Notes: generated by a model not told the origin, from the letters alone. A stretch of DNA of 24,000 bases from Peptacetobacter hominis (GCF_006861675.1 NZ_SGJB01000009.1:1777-25776); one strand, 5' to 3'. Positions 1 to 10,431 are shown, counted from the first letter of the stretch. Translations and numbers: made by a program.

Positions 1-281
1 GACTGTATTCTACCATTCTGATCCTGTATATCTATGAATCCAGCCTTTCCCTGTAATCTCTTACTCATTATACGTCCTGCTATTTTTGCAGTCTGTCCTT
101 CAAGTTCGTCAAAGTTTTCTTTTATTTCTGTTGAATAATGAGTTCTATCATATCTGCTTTCCTTGAATGGGTCTCTTCCCATAGCCTGAAGATTGGCAAG
201 TTTATCTCTTCTTACCTGAAGCACTTCGCTTAATTCTTCAGTAGATAATTCAGCTTTTACTTCTGTATTATTATTTTCCAT
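1..281 (-). CDS. lysS: Lysyl-tRNA synthetase (class II), N-terminal part; runs off the left edge
   Basis: Minus-strand reading from CAT at 279-281 gives MENNNTEVKAELSSDDLSEVLQVRRDKLANLQAMGRDPFKESRYDRTHYSTEIKENF..., typical of the LysS N-terminus. It lies directly downstream of greA, a common Firmicutes arrangement. Confidence 0.9.
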   Translation of the reverse strand, partial: MENNNTEVKAELSTEELSEVLQVRRDKLANLQAMGRDPFKESRYDRTHYSTEIKENFDELEGQTAKIAGRIMSKRLQGKAGFIDIQDQNGRIQ

Positions 282-300
282 TAAATACACCCCCGATTTA

Positions 301-780
301 TTATCTGCTTATTGATATTACTTTGAATTTTGCAGTACCATCTGGAACATTTACTTCCACTATGTCTCCCTCAGATTTTCCTAATAAAGCCTTTCCTATT
401 GGAGATTCGTTAGATATCTTTCCAGAGAAAGGATCTGTCTCTGTTGATCCAACTATTGTATATTCAACTTCCTCATCGAAATCATAATCGTAAAGTTTAA
501 CTATTGAACCAGCTGTTATCTTTGTAAGGTCTATAGCTGTTTCATCTATTATAGTTGCCTTTCTTATCATGTTTTCTATCTTCATTATTTTCTCTTCAAG
601 TTCAGCCTGCTCTTTTTTAGCCTCATCGTACTCTGCATTTTCTGATAAGTCTCCATAAGATATAGCAACTTTAAGTTTTTCAGCAACATCTTTTCTTCCA
701 ACTATCTTTAATTCTTCAAGCTCAGCCTCAAGTTTGTCAAAACCTTCCTGAGTCAGCAGTATCTCTTTGTTTTCTTCCAT
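301..780 (-). CDS. greA: Transcription elongation factor GreA
   Basis: ORF 159 aa; LTQEGFDKLEAELEELK...RKDVAEKLKVAISYGDLSENAEYDEAKKEQ and C-terminal SPIGKALLGKSEGDIVEVNVPDG are GreA hallmarks. RBS-like AAAAAGGAG upstream. Confidence 0.97.
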   Translation of the reverse strand: MEENKEILLTQEGFDKLEAELEELKIVGRKDVAEKLKVAISYGDLSENAEYDEAKKEQAELEEKIMKIENMIRKATIIDETAIDLTKITAGSIVKLYDYDFDEEVEYTIVGSTETDPFSGKISNESPIGKALLGKSEGDIVEVNVPDGTAKFKVISISR

Positions 781-883
781 TTATCCTGTAGCTCCTTTTT
801 TATTGATTTTTTATATAAAATTAAGCGGTTTTTATACCGTTTGTATTTTACTTTATCCGCTATATTATAGGCTAATATTCGCT

Positions 884-1852
884 TTATGTCAAGGTTTCAG
901 CCATATAGCACTCAAGTGTGGATATTACTTCTGATGCACTTTCCATTTTATTTATAGAGTCCCTAAGTCTAGCCGAACCCTTCATTCCTTTCAGATACCA
1001 TCCAAGATGTTTTCTCATTTCTCTTACAGCCACATATTCTCCATCTTCTCTTATTGCAAGATTGAAATGTTTTATAGCTGTTTTTATTTTTTCATCCACT
1101 GATGGTTCAGGTTTTATCTCTCCGGTTTTTATATAGTGGTTTATTCTATCAAATATCCATGGATTTCCCTGTGCTCCTCTACCTATCATTATTGCATCGC
1201 ATCCTGTCTTTTTTCTTATCTCTATAGCATCATCTATAATTACTATATCTCCATTTCCTATAACAGGTATATTTACAGCACTTTTTATTTTCTCAATTAT
1301 ATCCCAGTCCGCTTTTCCTGAATAATACTGTACTCTTGTTCTTCCGTGTATTGTTATAGCATCTGCACCGCTTGCCTCAGCCATTTTTGCAAACTCAACG
1401 GCATTTATACTGTCCTCATCCCAACCTTTTCTGAATTTTACAGTTACAGGTTTTTTTGAATATTTTACAGCTGCTTTTATAACTTCAGAAGCAAGCTTTG
1501 GATTTTTCATAAGTGCAGAACCATCTCCATTTTTTACAACCTTTGGAGCTGGACATCCCATATTTATATCCAGTACTTCATTTGAATAATCATTAAGTAT
1601 CTCAGTTGCCCTTCCTATATATTCAGGCTCAGAACCAAAAATCTGAACAGCTACCGGATGTTCTTCCTCTTCCATCTTAAGCATGCTCTTTGTCTTCTCA
1701 TCGTCGTAGCAAAGAGCCTTTGCATTTATCATTTCTGTATAAAGCATTCCACACCCGTACTCTCTGCATATAAGTCTGAATGGAAGATCTGTAACTCCAG
1801 CCATCGGCGCAAGAAATACCTCATTTTCAAGTTCAAGTTCTCTTAGTTTCAT
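884..1852 (-). CDS. dusB: tRNA-dihydrouridine synthase (DusB family)
   Basis: LAPMAGVTDLPFRLICREYGCGMLYTEMINAKAL, MGCPAPKVVKNGDGSALMK, ITIHGRTRVQYYSGKADW and IMIGRGAQGNPWIF motifs. The ORF track starts at 1870 with a TTG; the ATG at 1850-1852 with AAAGGG upstream is the preferred start. Confidence 0.95.
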   Translation of the reverse strand: MKLRELELENEVFLAPMAGVTDLPFRLICREYGCGMLYTEMINAKALCYDDEKTKSMLKMEEEEHPVAVQIFGSEPEYIGRATEILNDYSNEVLDINMGCPAPKVVKNGDGSALMKNPKLASEVIKAAVKYSKKPVTVKFRKGWDEDSINAVEFAKMAEASGADAITIHGRTRVQYYSGKADWDIIEKIKSAVNIPVIGNGDIVIIDDAIEIRKKTGCDAIMIGRGAQGNPWIFDRINHYIKTGEIKPEPSVDEKIKTAIKHFNLAIREDGEYVAVREMRKHLGWYLKGMKGSARLRDSINKMESASEVISTLECYMAETLT

Positions 1853-1898
1853 ATTCATCCCCTTTCCCAATACTCAAAAAGAGGTACAATAAGTACCT

Positions 1899-2672
1899 CT
1901 ATTTTTCTTTATTTTTATCGTATATTATTCTAAGTCCATCAAGTGTAAGAAATCTGTCTATCTCATCTATACTGTCTGTTTCTGATGATATAAGTCTTGA
2001 AAGTCCCCCAGTCGCTATAACCTTTATATCGTCTCCTCCAAGTTCTTTTTTCATCATTTCTATGATTTTGTCTACAAGTCCGACATAACCATATATAAGC
2101 CCTGCCTGCATAGCTGAAACCGTATTTTTTGCTATTACAGTACCCGGTTTTATAAGTTCCACTCTGGGAAGTTTTGATGCTCTCTGGAAAAGAGCCTCAC
2201 TTGATATTTTAACTCCCGGAGCAATAGTTCCTCCAAGATAGTCTCCCTGTTCAGATATAGCACAGAATGTAGTAGCCGTTCCAAAATCCACTATTATAAG
2301 AGGATATCCGTATTTTTCTATTCCGGCAACAGCATTTACTATTCTGTCAGCACCTACCTGTTTTGGATTATCATATTTTATATTAAGTCCTGTTTTTATT
2401 CCAGGTCCAACTACCATCGCTTCTTTTTTACAGTACTTTATGCAGAAATTTTCAAGAGAGTGCATAACATCCGGCACAACAGAAGATATTATCACATCAT
2501 CTATTTCATCTATTCTAAGATTTTCATGTTTGAACAGATTTTTTATAAGCATACCGTACTCATCTGATGTTTTATCCTTGTCTGTATGTATTCTCCAGTA
2601 ATTTTTAAGTTCTTCCCCTTCATACAGTCCAAGAACCATATTTGTATTTCCTACATCAAATACCAGTAGCAT
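1899..2672 (-). CDS. coaX: Type III pantothenate kinase
   Basis: [20 protein letters not shown]-terminus, [32 protein letters not shown] and [11 protein letters not shown] motifs of CoaX. Confidence 0.95.
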   Translation of the reverse strand: MLLVFDVGNTNMVLGLYEGEELKNYWRIHTDKDKTSDEYGMLIKNLFKHENLRIDEIDDVIISSVVPDVMHSLENFCIKYCKKEAMVVGPGIKTGLNIKYDNPKQVGADRIVNAVAGIEKYGYPLIIVDFGTATTFCAISEQGDYLGGTIAPGVKISSEALFQRASKLPRVELIKPGTVIAKNTVSAMQAGLIYGYVGLVDKIIEMMKKELGGDDIKVIATGGLSRLISSETDSIDEIDRFLTLDGLRIIYDKNKEK

Positions 2673-2787
2673 CTGTATACCCTCTTTCCTAAGCCATTAC
2701 AGGCTGTAATTTTTCGGACCGTTCCATAGTCCGGACAAATTTTAATTTTAGCAATTTAGAATATCTATGTCAATATATCATCAGTTT

Positions 2788-3774
2788 TTATATATATCCA
2801 TTTTTTCCTCTCACTGATACTTCTCCAGAAAATATAGTTTTTCTATGACCATTTTCATCTGTCACAATAAGATTCCCATCCACATCTATGCCGTTACATA
2901 TGGCATATTTTTCTTCACCGCGTTCTATTACTCTTATTTCTTTTCCTATAAGAACAGAGTTCTCTGTACATATATCCAGAACTTCTTTCCTATCATCTTT
3001 TTCTATATATGCCTTGTACATTCTCTCAAATGATTTCATAAATTCAGACGCTATTTTTTCCCTGTCAGTCAGACATCCCTCAATAAAAAGAGATGTGGCT
3101 TTTTTTCTTATATCTTCTGGGAATTCTTCAGTTAGAACGTTTATACCAACACCGGTTGTTATACATTCTATTCTTTCAACCTGAGCCTTCATTTCAGTAA
3201 GTATTCCACAAAGCTTTTTACCATTCAGAATTATATCGTTCGGCCATTTTATTTTAGCATCCACATCCATATTTCTGAATGCATCAACAAGTGCTGCTCC
3301 CGATATAAGTGTTATAAACGGAGCTTTATTCAGAGGTATTTCCGGCTTCAGGACGATGCTCATCCATATTCCCTCTCCTGATTTAGATTTCCACGGCTTT
3401 CCGATTCTTCCCCTTCCACCGGTCTGTTCTTCAGCAATTACAACAGATCCGTCTTCCAGATTTTCTGAGTTTTCAAGTACATATTTATTTGTGGATTCAA
3501 GACTATCAAAACACTTTATATTACGTCCTATAAACTCAGTATCCAGAATAGATAAAAATCTTTCCGGAGAAAAGCTGCTGTTGTTTATAGACTTTAGTCT
3601 GTATCCTACTTTATTGACAGATTCTATATCGTACCCGTTTTCTTTAAGAGTTTTTATATGTTTCCATACAGCAGCTCTCGATATTCCGAGTTTTTCAGAA
3701 ATTTCTTCACCCGATATAAAATTGTCACTATTCATAAGTATTTCAGCTATTTTTGCTCTATTATCTCTGGCCAT
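2788..3774 (-). CDS. birA: Bifunctional biotin operon repressor / biotin-[acetyl-CoA-carboxylase] ligase
   Basis: N-terminal HTH (ISGEEISEKLGISRAAVWKHIKTLKENGYDIESV); ligase motif EEQTGGRGRIGKPWKSKSGEGIWMSIVL; KWPNDIILNGKKLCGILTEM. Confidence 0.95.
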   Translation of the reverse strand: MARDNRAKIAEILMNSDNFISGEEISEKLGISRAAVWKHIKTLKENGYDIESVNKVGYRLKSINNSSFSPERFLSILDTEFIGRNIKCFDSLESTNKYVLENSENLEDGSVVIAEEQTGGRGRIGKPWKSKSGEGIWMSIVLKPEIPLNKAPFITLISGAALVDAFRNMDVDAKIKWPNDIILNGKKLCGILTEMKAQVERIECITTGVGINVLTEEFPEDIRKKATSLFIEGCLTDREKIASEFMKSFERMYKAYIEKDDRKEVLDICTENSVLIGKEIRVIERGEEKYAICNGIDVDGNLIVTDENGHRKTIFSGEVSVRGKNGYI

Positions 3775-3833
3775 AATATCACCCTTTATATATTTTTATT
3801 TCATTATACCCGATAAATAATGTTTGTATAAAC

Positions 3834-3861
3834 AAAAAGGAGGATAAAAATCCTCCTTTTT
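3834..3861 (-). terminator. Factor-independent terminator downstream of ftsH
   Basis: Perfect 12-bp stem AAAAAGGAGGAT / ATCCTCCTTTTT with a 4-nt loop (3834-3845 / 3850-3861), directly 3' of the ftsH stop on the minus strand, ending in a T run. Confidence 0.85.
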
Positions 3862-3870
3862 AATCTTTAT

Positions 3871-5856
3871 TTATTCCTCCGAAAAAGTTTTTACCTCTTC
3901 TGCATCCGATTTGTTTTCATCAATATTTTCATTGTTGTCTGATATATTATCCTTCTCTTTTTCTACAACATCCGAAACATTTTCAACAGACTCAGATTTT
4001 TCTTCAGAAATATTCTCTGTATTTTCCTCTTTTTCTTTAGATTTAAGTTCTCCGTTAAATGCCTGAACAAATTCCTTTTCATTAAGAGTTTCGTATTCAA
4101 GAAGAGCTTTTGCAACATTTTCAAGCTTATCCATATTTTCTGATATAAGTTTTCTTGTTCTTTCATGAGCTTCAGTTATTATTTTTCTTACTTCCGCATC
4201 TATCTCACTTGCAACCTCTTCAGAATACTCCTTGGAACTTCCAAAGCTGTTTCCAAGGAATACTTCTCCACCACTTTCAAATGTCATAGGTCCAAGTTTT
4301 TCACTCATACCATATCTCTTGACCATTCCTCTTGCTGTCTCACTTACTCTTTCAAGGTCGTTTGATGCTCCTGTAGATATATCAGAAAGAACAAGTTCTT
4401 CCGCAACTCTACCACCAAGCATAACGATTATATTTTCTTCCATTTCTCTCTTTGTTGCAAAGTATTTGTCCTCTACAGGAAGCTGCATTGTAAATCCTCC
4501 TGCCATTCCTCTAGGTATTATAGTTACCTGATGAACCGGACTCACTTTTTCAAGAAGATGTGCACATATCGCATGTCCAGCCTCGTGGTATGCAGTAAGT
4601 TTTCTCTCATCTTCGCTTATAACTCTTGATTTTTTTGCAACCCCAACTATTACTTTTGTTATAGATTCTTCTATAACTTCCATAGTTATTTTACTTTCAC
4701 CTTTTCTGGCTGTAAGTATAGCAGCTTCATTCATAAGGTTCTCTATATCAGCTGGAGTAAATCCAGGAGTTCTTCTTGCAAGCACTCCAAGGTCTACATC
4801 ATCTGCAAGAGGTTTCTTTCTTGAATGAACCTTGAATATAGCTTCTCTTCCTTTTACATCCGGCGCACCTACAACTACCTGTCTGTCAAATCTTCCCGGT
4901 CTTAAAAGCGCAGGGTCAAGTATGTCAGGTCTGTTTGTAGCAGCCATTATTATTATACCCTGGTTTATTCCAAAACCATCCATCTCAACAAGTAACTGGT
5001 TAAGAGTCTGTTCTCTCTCATCATGTCCACCGCCAAGTCCGGCACCTCTTTTTCTACCTACAGCATCTATCTCGTCTATAAATATTATCGCAGGTGCATT
5101 TTTCTTTGCATCTTCAAACAGAGATCTAACCCTAGATGCACCGACACCGACAAACATCTCGACGAAATCAGAACCACTTATACTGAAAAACGGTACTCCG
5201 GCTTCTCCGGCAACAGCTTTTGAAAGATATGTCTTACCTGTTCCTGGAGGTCCTACCATAAGTATACCTTTTGGTATTCTCGCTCCAAGCTGCGTATATT
5301 TCTTAGGATTTTTAAGGAAGTCGACAACTTCCTGAAGATCCTCTTTTTCTTCCTGAAGACCGGCAACATCTTTGAATGTAACCTTTTCTCCGTCTCCATC
5401 CTTGTGAAGTTTTGCCTTTGATTTACCGAAGTTCATAACTTTTCCTCCGCCGCCCTGCGACTGATTCATAAAAGTAAACCAAAGTACTCCAAGGAATATA
5501 AACATTATTATTGTAGGAAGCATACTTATAAACCATGGTGTTTCCGGTTTTGCTTCTCCATCTATTTTTAGATCACTTTTCTGACTCTGCTCTAAAATAG
5601 CATCTGCAAGCTGATCTCCTTTTACTTCTGAAGGTATATATGACTTGAATTTTGTCTTGTCCTTCAGAACGCCCTCTACTGATGTTTCATCTATAAAATA
5701 TATTTCTGAAACTTCCCCCTCAGTCAGATTACTGTATACCTGGGAAAAAGGAATTTCTTTTACAGTATCCACTTCCTTGCCTGTAAACTGGACAACGCCT
5801 ACTATTATAGCCAGCATCAGCACATAGAAAGCAACGCCTTTTAACATTTTCTTCAA
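3871..5856 (-). CDS. ftsH: ATP-dependent zinc metalloprotease FtsH
   Basis: Two N-terminal TM segments, Walker A GPPGTGKT, Walker [31 protein letters not shown], zinc motif HEAGH; acidic low-complexity C-terminal tail. Confidence 0.98.
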   Translation of the reverse strand: MKKMLKGVAFYVLMLAIIVGVVQFTGKEVDTVKEIPFSQVYSNLTEGEVSEIYFIDETSVEGVLKDKTKFKSYIPSEVKGDQLADAILEQSQKSDLKIDGEAKPETPWFISMLPTIIMFIFLGVLWFTFMNQSQGGGGKVMNFGKSKAKLHKDGDGEKVTFKDVAGLQEEKEDLQEVVDFLKNPKKYTQLGARIPKGILMVGPPGTGKTYLSKAVAGEAGVPFFSISGSDFVEMFVGVGASRVRSLFEDAKKNAPAIIFIDEIDAVGRKRGAGLGGGHDEREQTLNQLLVEMDGFGINQGIIIMAATNRPDILDPALLRPGRFDRQVVVGAPDVKGREAIFKVHSRKKPLADDVDLGVLARRTPGFTPADIENLMNEAAILTARKGESKITMEVIEESITKVIVGVAKKSRVISEDERKLTAYHEAGHAICAHLLEKVSPVHQVTIIPRGMAGGFTMQLPVEDKYFATKREMEENIIVMLGGRVAEELVLSDISTGASNDLERVSETARGMVKRYGMSEKLGPMTFESGGEVFLGNSFGSSKEYSEEVASEIDAEVRKIITEAHERTRKLISENMDKLENVAKALLEYETLNEKEFVQAFNGELKSKEKEENTENISEEKSESVENVSDVVEKEKDNISDNNENIDENKSDAEEVKTFSEE

Positions 5857-5883
5857 ACTTTATTTCCTCCTCTCAGCACTGTA

Positions 5884-7269
5884 TTAAAGTTTTTTTATCG
5901 TTATTTTCAGTACTTCTTTTGTCTTTAAATCAGGGATATAGTTTTCGCCTGTTCTGTATGTACCAGCAGCTATTATACCATTTTCATCTTCTATTACCGG
6001 TATTCTGCTTCTCATTTCTCTAGGTATCTTCAGGTCTATAAATAGATCTTTCAGTTTTTTTGAACCTGCCTTTAATTTTATTTTATCTCCGGCCTGTCTA
6101 TTTCTGACCTTTATTTCTCCTTCTATTTTGTCTGCATCTACACAAATTGATTCAGGATCCTTTTTCATACCTTTGAATCTCGACATACTCATTTGCTTAG
6201 TCTCTATTATAAGACCTGTTTCCTTTACTTTTACAAAACCGTTTTTAGGTATATTGTGACTATATTCTATATCCTCGTATTTGATTTCATTCATTGTAAA
6301 AAGAACTACATCATCTTTTCTATATGCAAACAATCCTCTTGGCAGATTCAGCATCTTGTTGTTTTTTGATTCCTCAAAAAGTTCCTCTACATCGTATATA
6401 TGCTTCATATCCACAAAGTTTGTATCTCCAAGAACATCTCTTATGGAATATCTTATGACTCTTGACAGTATTGCCTGATGAAGTTCTGTGCACTCAGGTA
6501 CACTAAGTTCTATTCCATCATTTGTCTTCTCTGAAATATCCCTGTAGATTTTTTCTGCCTCTGAATCAATATAATCTCCGTCATTTTTTAGACTGTTACT
6601 CATTCTTACTACAGATTCTATGACTCCGGGATTGAAATGTTCTTTCATATATGGTATAAGTTCAAGTCTTATTCTATTTCTTGAATATATACTTTCAAGA
6701 TTTGTTTTATCTATTTTGGGATCAAGACTATGCTCCTCGCAATACGCTTCTATTTCGCTTCTTTCAACATCCAGAAGAGGTCTTATTATACCATCTTCTC
6801 TTGTATACTCGATTCCCCTAAGACCCTGAAGCCCGGTTCCTCTCATAAGCCTCATAAGTACTGTTTCAGCCTGATCATTCATATTGTGACCAATAGCTAT
6901 TTTATTAGCACCGATATTTTTCTTTATTTCAAAAAACATATCGTATCTTACTTTTCTTGCTCCTTCTTCAAGAGAGTATCCATTATCCCTGCAGTATGAT
7001 GGTACATCCACTGATTTTATAAAACACGGAATGTCTTCTTTTCTGCAAAGTTCGGATACATATAAAGCATCTCTATGAGCCTCTATTCCTCTTATCTGAT
7101 GGTTAAGATGTGCTGCATAAACCTTTATACCCATACTCTCTCTTAAACCTGAGAGAACATGAAGAAGACATACAGAATCCGGTCCACCAGACAGACCTAC
7201 AATTATGCTATCTCCTTCAGATATCATGTTGTATCTTTCTATTGTATTTTTAATTTTATTTAATATCAT
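5884..7269 (-). CDS. tilS: tRNA(Ile)-lysidine synthetase
   Basis: PP-loop SGGPDSVCLLHVL, IAIGHNMNDQAETVLMRLMRGTGLQGLRG, RPLLDVERSEIEAYC, C-terminal VRNRQAGDKIKLKAGSKKLKDLFIDLKIP. Confidence 0.95.
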   Translation of the reverse strand: MILNKIKNTIERYNMISEGDSIIVGLSGGPDSVCLLHVLSGLRESMGIKVYAAHLNHQIRGIEAHRDALYVSELCRKEDIPCFIKSVDVPSYCRDNGYSLEEGARKVRYDMFFEIKKNIGANKIAIGHNMNDQAETVLMRLMRGTGLQGLRGIEYTREDGIIRPLLDVERSEIEAYCEEHSLDPKIDKTNLESIYSRNRIRLELIPYMKEHFNPGVIESVVRMSNSLKNDGDYIDSEAEKIYRDISEKTNDGIELSVPECTELHQAILSRVIRYSIRDVLGDTNFVDMKHIYDVEELFEESKNNKMLNLPRGLFAYRKDDVVLFTMNEIKYEDIEYSHNIPKNGFVKVKETGLIIETKQMSMSRFKGMKKDPESICVDADKIEGEIKVRNRQAGDKIKLKAGSKKLKDLFIDLKIPREMRSRIPVIEDENGIIAAGTYRTGENYIPDLKTKEVLKITIKKL

Positions 7270-7387
7270 TTGACTACCTCTTTATTTATTGAAAACATAG
7301 ATATATACAGTTCTTTTATCTGTTTTATACCTCTATTTCAATATTATAAACCAAATCTAGTTATAATAATACCAAAGATATTAAATA

Positions 7388-7412
7388 AAAGGTAGCTTTT
7401 TCCACTACCTTC
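7388..7412 (-). terminator. Factor-independent terminator downstream of the DUF1934 gene
   Basis: Minus-strand AAGGTAG...CTACCTT stem (7389-7395 / 7405-7411) followed by a TTTATTT tract, 3' of the 7426-7842 ORF. Confidence 0.65.
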
Positions 7413-7425
7413 TTAAAATTTAATA

Positions 7426-7842
7426 TTATTTTATATTTTTCACATCAACTGTGACTTTGTTTCTTCCTCTGAACATATCTATTATATCTATATCATAGTC
7501 CATAAAAAGCCTTATATTGCCACAATTGTCTTTTTCTATATCTATTTTTCTTCCATTTGTTTCTATAAGAAAGGCTCCCTGTGGAATTACATATCTGCAT
7601 ACATATTTTTCTCCAGGTTTTATTCTTATATCAGTATTGAATGCACCCATTCTTTTCATAGATACATATTCGTCAGAAATTTTTATGGTATTTGTAATTT
7701 CCTCGCCATCCTGTTTTTCCTTATATATTATATATGTATTTCCATTTTTTTCGAATAGCTTTCCTGATGTTTTAAACTCTATTGTATCCATATTTCCGGC
7801 ATCATCGTATTGCCTTGTTTCTATTTTTATTTTTACGCTCAA
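7426..7842 (-). CDS. DUF1934 (YwiB-like, lipocalin-fold) family protein
   Basis: 138 aa; pattern KIKIETRQYDDAGNMDTIEFKTSGKLFEKNGNTYIIYKE...TIKISDEYVSMKRMGAFNTDIRIKPGEKY...YVIPQGAF...T resembles DUF1934, a beta-barrel family often near murI and other housekeeping genes in Firmicutes. Confidence 0.7.
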   Translation of the reverse strand: MSVKIKIETRQYDDAGNMDTIEFKTSGKLFEKNGNTYIIYKEKQDGEEITNTIKISDEYVSMKRMGAFNTDIRIKPGEKYVCRYVIPQGAFLIETNGRKIDIEKDNCGNIRLFMDYDIDIIDMFRGRNKVTVDVKNIK

Positions 7843-7860
7843 GCTAAAACCTCCTGATAA

Positions 7861-8664
7861 TTAATATCTCTGTATTTCAACCTTGCTTACATCTATTTTC
7901 CTTTTAAGGAACTCTCTAGCTATAGATGTGAATTTTTCATTTATATCAGAAACAAAGTACTCACATGTTCCTGCTTCTTCTCTAGAAGTCATAAGATTTT
8001 TTTCCTCAAGCTGCTTTTTCAAATCATATGCAGTTTCTCTAGCAGGATTTACAAGCTTAACATCCATTCCCACTTCTTCTCCGATGGTTCTTTTAAGTAT
8101 AGGATAGTGTGTACATCCCAATACAATCGAATCCACATCTTTTTCTTTTAAATCCTTTAGGTATTCCTTCGCTGTCAATCTTGCGACCTCTGTGTTTGCC
8201 CATCCTTCCTCTACTATAGGTACAAACAGAGAACAGGCTTTTCCATATATTTTTATTTTTTTGTTTATCTTCTTTATTTCCTGGTTATATGCTCTCGATT
8301 TTATAGTACCCTCAGTACCTATAACACCAACTTTTCCATTTTTCGTAGTCATAGCTGCAGTTCTTGCTCCTGCTTCTATAACACCTATTATAGGAATATC
8401 ATATTTTTCCTGTGCTTCTGCAAGACTTCTTGCAGTTGCTGTATTACATGCAATTACAATGGCTTTTACATCCTTTGTTCTAAGGAAGTTTATAGCCTGA
8501 AAAGTATATTTTATTATTGTCTCTTTAGATCTCGGCCCGTACGGAACTCTTGCTGTATCCCCGAAATATACTATATTCTCATTTGGAAGAATTCTTTTTA
8601 TTTCTTTTAATACAGTTAAGCCTCCAAGCCCCGAGTCAAAAACTCCTATTCCTCTTTCATCCAT
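7861..8664 (-). CDS. murI: Glutamate racemase
   Basis: IGVFDSGLGGLTVLKEIKRILPNENIVYFGDTARVPYG, VIACNTATARS, VLGCTHYPILK, LVNPA motifs. Confidence 0.97.
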   Translation of the reverse strand: MDERGIGVFDSGLGGLTVLKEIKRILPNENIVYFGDTARVPYGPRSKETIIKYTFQAINFLRTKDVKAIVIACNTATARSLAEAQEKYDIPIIGVIEAGARTAAMTTKNGKVGVIGTEGTIKSRAYNQEIKKINKKIKIYGKACSLFVPIVEEGWANTEVARLTAKEYLKDLKEKDVDSIVLGCTHYPILKRTIGEEVGMDVKLVNPARETAYDLKKQLEEKNLMTSREEAGTCEYFVSDINEKFTSIAREFLKRKIDVSKVEIQRY

Positions 8665-8700
8665 ATATTACACCTGCTTTTGTATAATAGTTTTTGCTTT

Positions 8701-9375
8701 CTATTTCATGCTTTCTGCTTTATCAATCATATACTGTTCAGCTTTTTCTATATGATCCTTTGCACATTTTGCCGCATTTTCGCACTCTCCATTTTCTATT
8801 GCAGCTATAAGACTTTCATGCTCCTCTATTATTGAAAGTGCTGCATTATAGTCAGACATATATCCCTCTCTGAATCTATATACCTGTTCCCATAAAGCAT
8901 TTATCATCTGTGCAAGTCTTTTATTTCCTGATGCTTCAAATATACATTGATGAAACTCAACGTCTTTTTTAAGTATCTCTTTTAAATCTGACTCTGATAC
9001 ACTCTTTTTAAGTTCTTTTGATATAGTCTTAAGTTTTTTGATTCCTGCATCGTCCATTCTTTCTGCTGCAAGAGATGCTGCAAGCCCTTCCAGTGCTGCT
9101 CTAACTTCAAGAAGATCTATTATATCCTTTATAGACATATCTGCAACATATGCCCCCTTTCTTGGAAGCATTATAACAAGACCTTCAAGTTCTAATTTTC
9201 TTATAGCTTCTCTTACAGGAGTTCTACTTACTCCAAGCTGTTCTGCAAGCTGTACCTCCATCATTCTCTGACCAGGTTTTAACTGTCCTTCTACAATAGC
9301 CTTTCTAAGACTTTCAAATACCACATCTCTAAGAGGTTTATAATTGTCCATATTTATTTTAGTTATATTATCCAT
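8701..9375 (-). CDS. GntR-family transcriptional regulator (FadR subfamily, FCD domain)
   Basis: N-terminal wHTH LKPGQRMMEVQLAEQLGVSRTPVREAIRKLELEGLVIMLPRKGAYV; C-terminal FCD-like DLLEVRAALEGLAASLAAERM...FHQCIFEASGNKRL. Confidence 0.9.
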   Translation of the reverse strand: MDNITKINMDNYKPLRDVVFESLRKAIVEGQLKPGQRMMEVQLAEQLGVSRTPVREAIRKLELEGLVIMLPRKGAYVADMSIKDIIDLLEVRAALEGLAASLAAERMDDAGIKKLKTISKELKKSVSESDLKEILKKDVEFHQCIFEASGNKRLAQMINALWEQVYRFREGYMSDYNAALSIIEEHESLIAAIENGECENAAKCAKDHIEKAEQYMIDKAESMK

Positions 9376-10240
9376 CGATCTCTATTCCCCTTTCAGAACT
9401 GCTGACAAGATATACCTGTCTGTATTTTCTTTTTAACTCATTTTCTGCTCTCAAAGCATCATTTTTATCTTCAAATATTCCAAAAACTGTAGGACCACTG
9501 CCACTCATCATTGCTCCAAGAGCATCATTACTATACATGACATTTTCTATTTCCTTTATTTCAGGATGCATTTTCTCAGTTACGAGTTCAAGAACATTGT
9601 ACATATTTTCCGCAACCGCTTTTATATCTTCCTGTTTAAGATATTCAATAAGCATTTCTGTATCCGGTCTTTTCTGTATCTCTTCAGAATCTATATGCTT
9701 ATACACTTCAGCTGTAGATACATATATATCCGGCTTACATACAAGAATATTTGTTCCTTCCGGAAGTCCCTTTATTTGTGTAAGTTTTTCTCCAAGATTT
9801 TCTGCAAGAGAACTTCCCCCAGATATACAGAACGGAACATCTGCCCCTATTTCAAAACCTATTTCCTTCATATCATTTTCTGAAAGATTAAGGTTCCACA
9901 CTATATTAAGAGCTTTTATTACTCCTGCTGCGTCTGTACTTCCTCCTGCCATACCGGCAGCTACAGGTATATTTTTTTCTATTTTTATATCAGCTCCATC
10001 ACTTACTTTATATCTTTGTTTAAGTTTTGAAGCCGCCTTGTATACTATATTTCCTTCATCAAGAGGTATTTCATCACTTTCACTGTATAGACAGATTTTA
10101 CCATCATTTCTTTTTTCAACATTTATTATATCGTATAAATCTATAGACTGCATTATCATTTCCACAAGATGATATCCGTTTTCCAGTCGTCCAAGAACAT
10201 CTATGGAAATATTTATTTTTGCTCTACACTTAACTTTCAT
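9368..10240 (-). CDS. ispE: 4-(cytidine 5'-diphospho)-2-C-methyl-D-erythritol kinase
   Basis: CRAKINISIDVLGRLENGYHLVEMIMQSIDLYD; GHMP motif NIPVAAGMAGGSTDAAGVIKALN; MSGSGPTVFGIF. Its 3' end overlaps the GntR gene start by 8 nt. Confidence 0.96.
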   Translation of the reverse strand: MKVKCRAKINISIDVLGRLENGYHLVEMIMQSIDLYDIINVEKRNDGKICLYSESDEIPLDEGNIVYKAASKLKQRYKVSDGADIKIEKNIPVAAGMAGGSTDAAGVIKALNIVWNLNLSENDMKEIGFEIGADVPFCISGGSSLAENLGEKLTQIKGLPEGTNILVCKPDIYVSTAEVYKHIDSEEIQKRPDTEMLIEYLKQEDIKAVAENMYNVLELVTEKMHPEIKEIENVMYSNDALGAMMSGSGPTVFGIFEDKNDALRAENELKRKYRQVYLVSSSERGIEIDG

Positions 10241-10431
10241 CTATTTCACCGCCTGTTATGCCATTATAAGCCTTACAGATTATATTATACTACAAATAAA
10301 AAACAAGTTGTATATAATATACTGTATGTATATAAGTTATTTTGATGAATTCTCCTCAAAAAAATAAATATGCAGTACATAGAATTAATCTATATACTGC
10401 TCTTTATTTCCAAACTTATCTCTCAGTATGA

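Noticed and set aside
3356-3820. 154-aa plus-strand ORF antisense to birA
   Set aside because: Shadow ORF of a well supported gene; no recognisable motif.
3871-4030. Repetitive acidic sequence ([29 protein letters not shown]) as a possible repeat or intrinsically disordered domain of interest
   Set aside because: Acidic, poorly conserved C-terminal tails are common in FtsH proteins; not a distinct element.
4832-5335. 167-aa plus-strand ORF antisense to ftsH
   Set aside because: Covers the AAA core of ftsH in reverse; composition rich in Ser/Pro/Ile is typical of antisense shadow ORFs.
9537-10172. 211-aa plus-strand ORF (MTFSISFISGCIF...)
   Set aside because: Fully antisense to a clear ispE; Ser/Phe/Ile-rich low-complexity translation with no domain pattern and no RBS support. 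Treated as a mirror ORF of coding sequence.
10273-10322. Near-palindromic A/T-rich segment (TATATTATAC...GTATATAATATA) between ispE and veg
   Set aside because: Arms do not match exactly and the sequence is almost pure A/T; symmetry of this kind is expected by chance and overlaps promoter-like -10 sequences.
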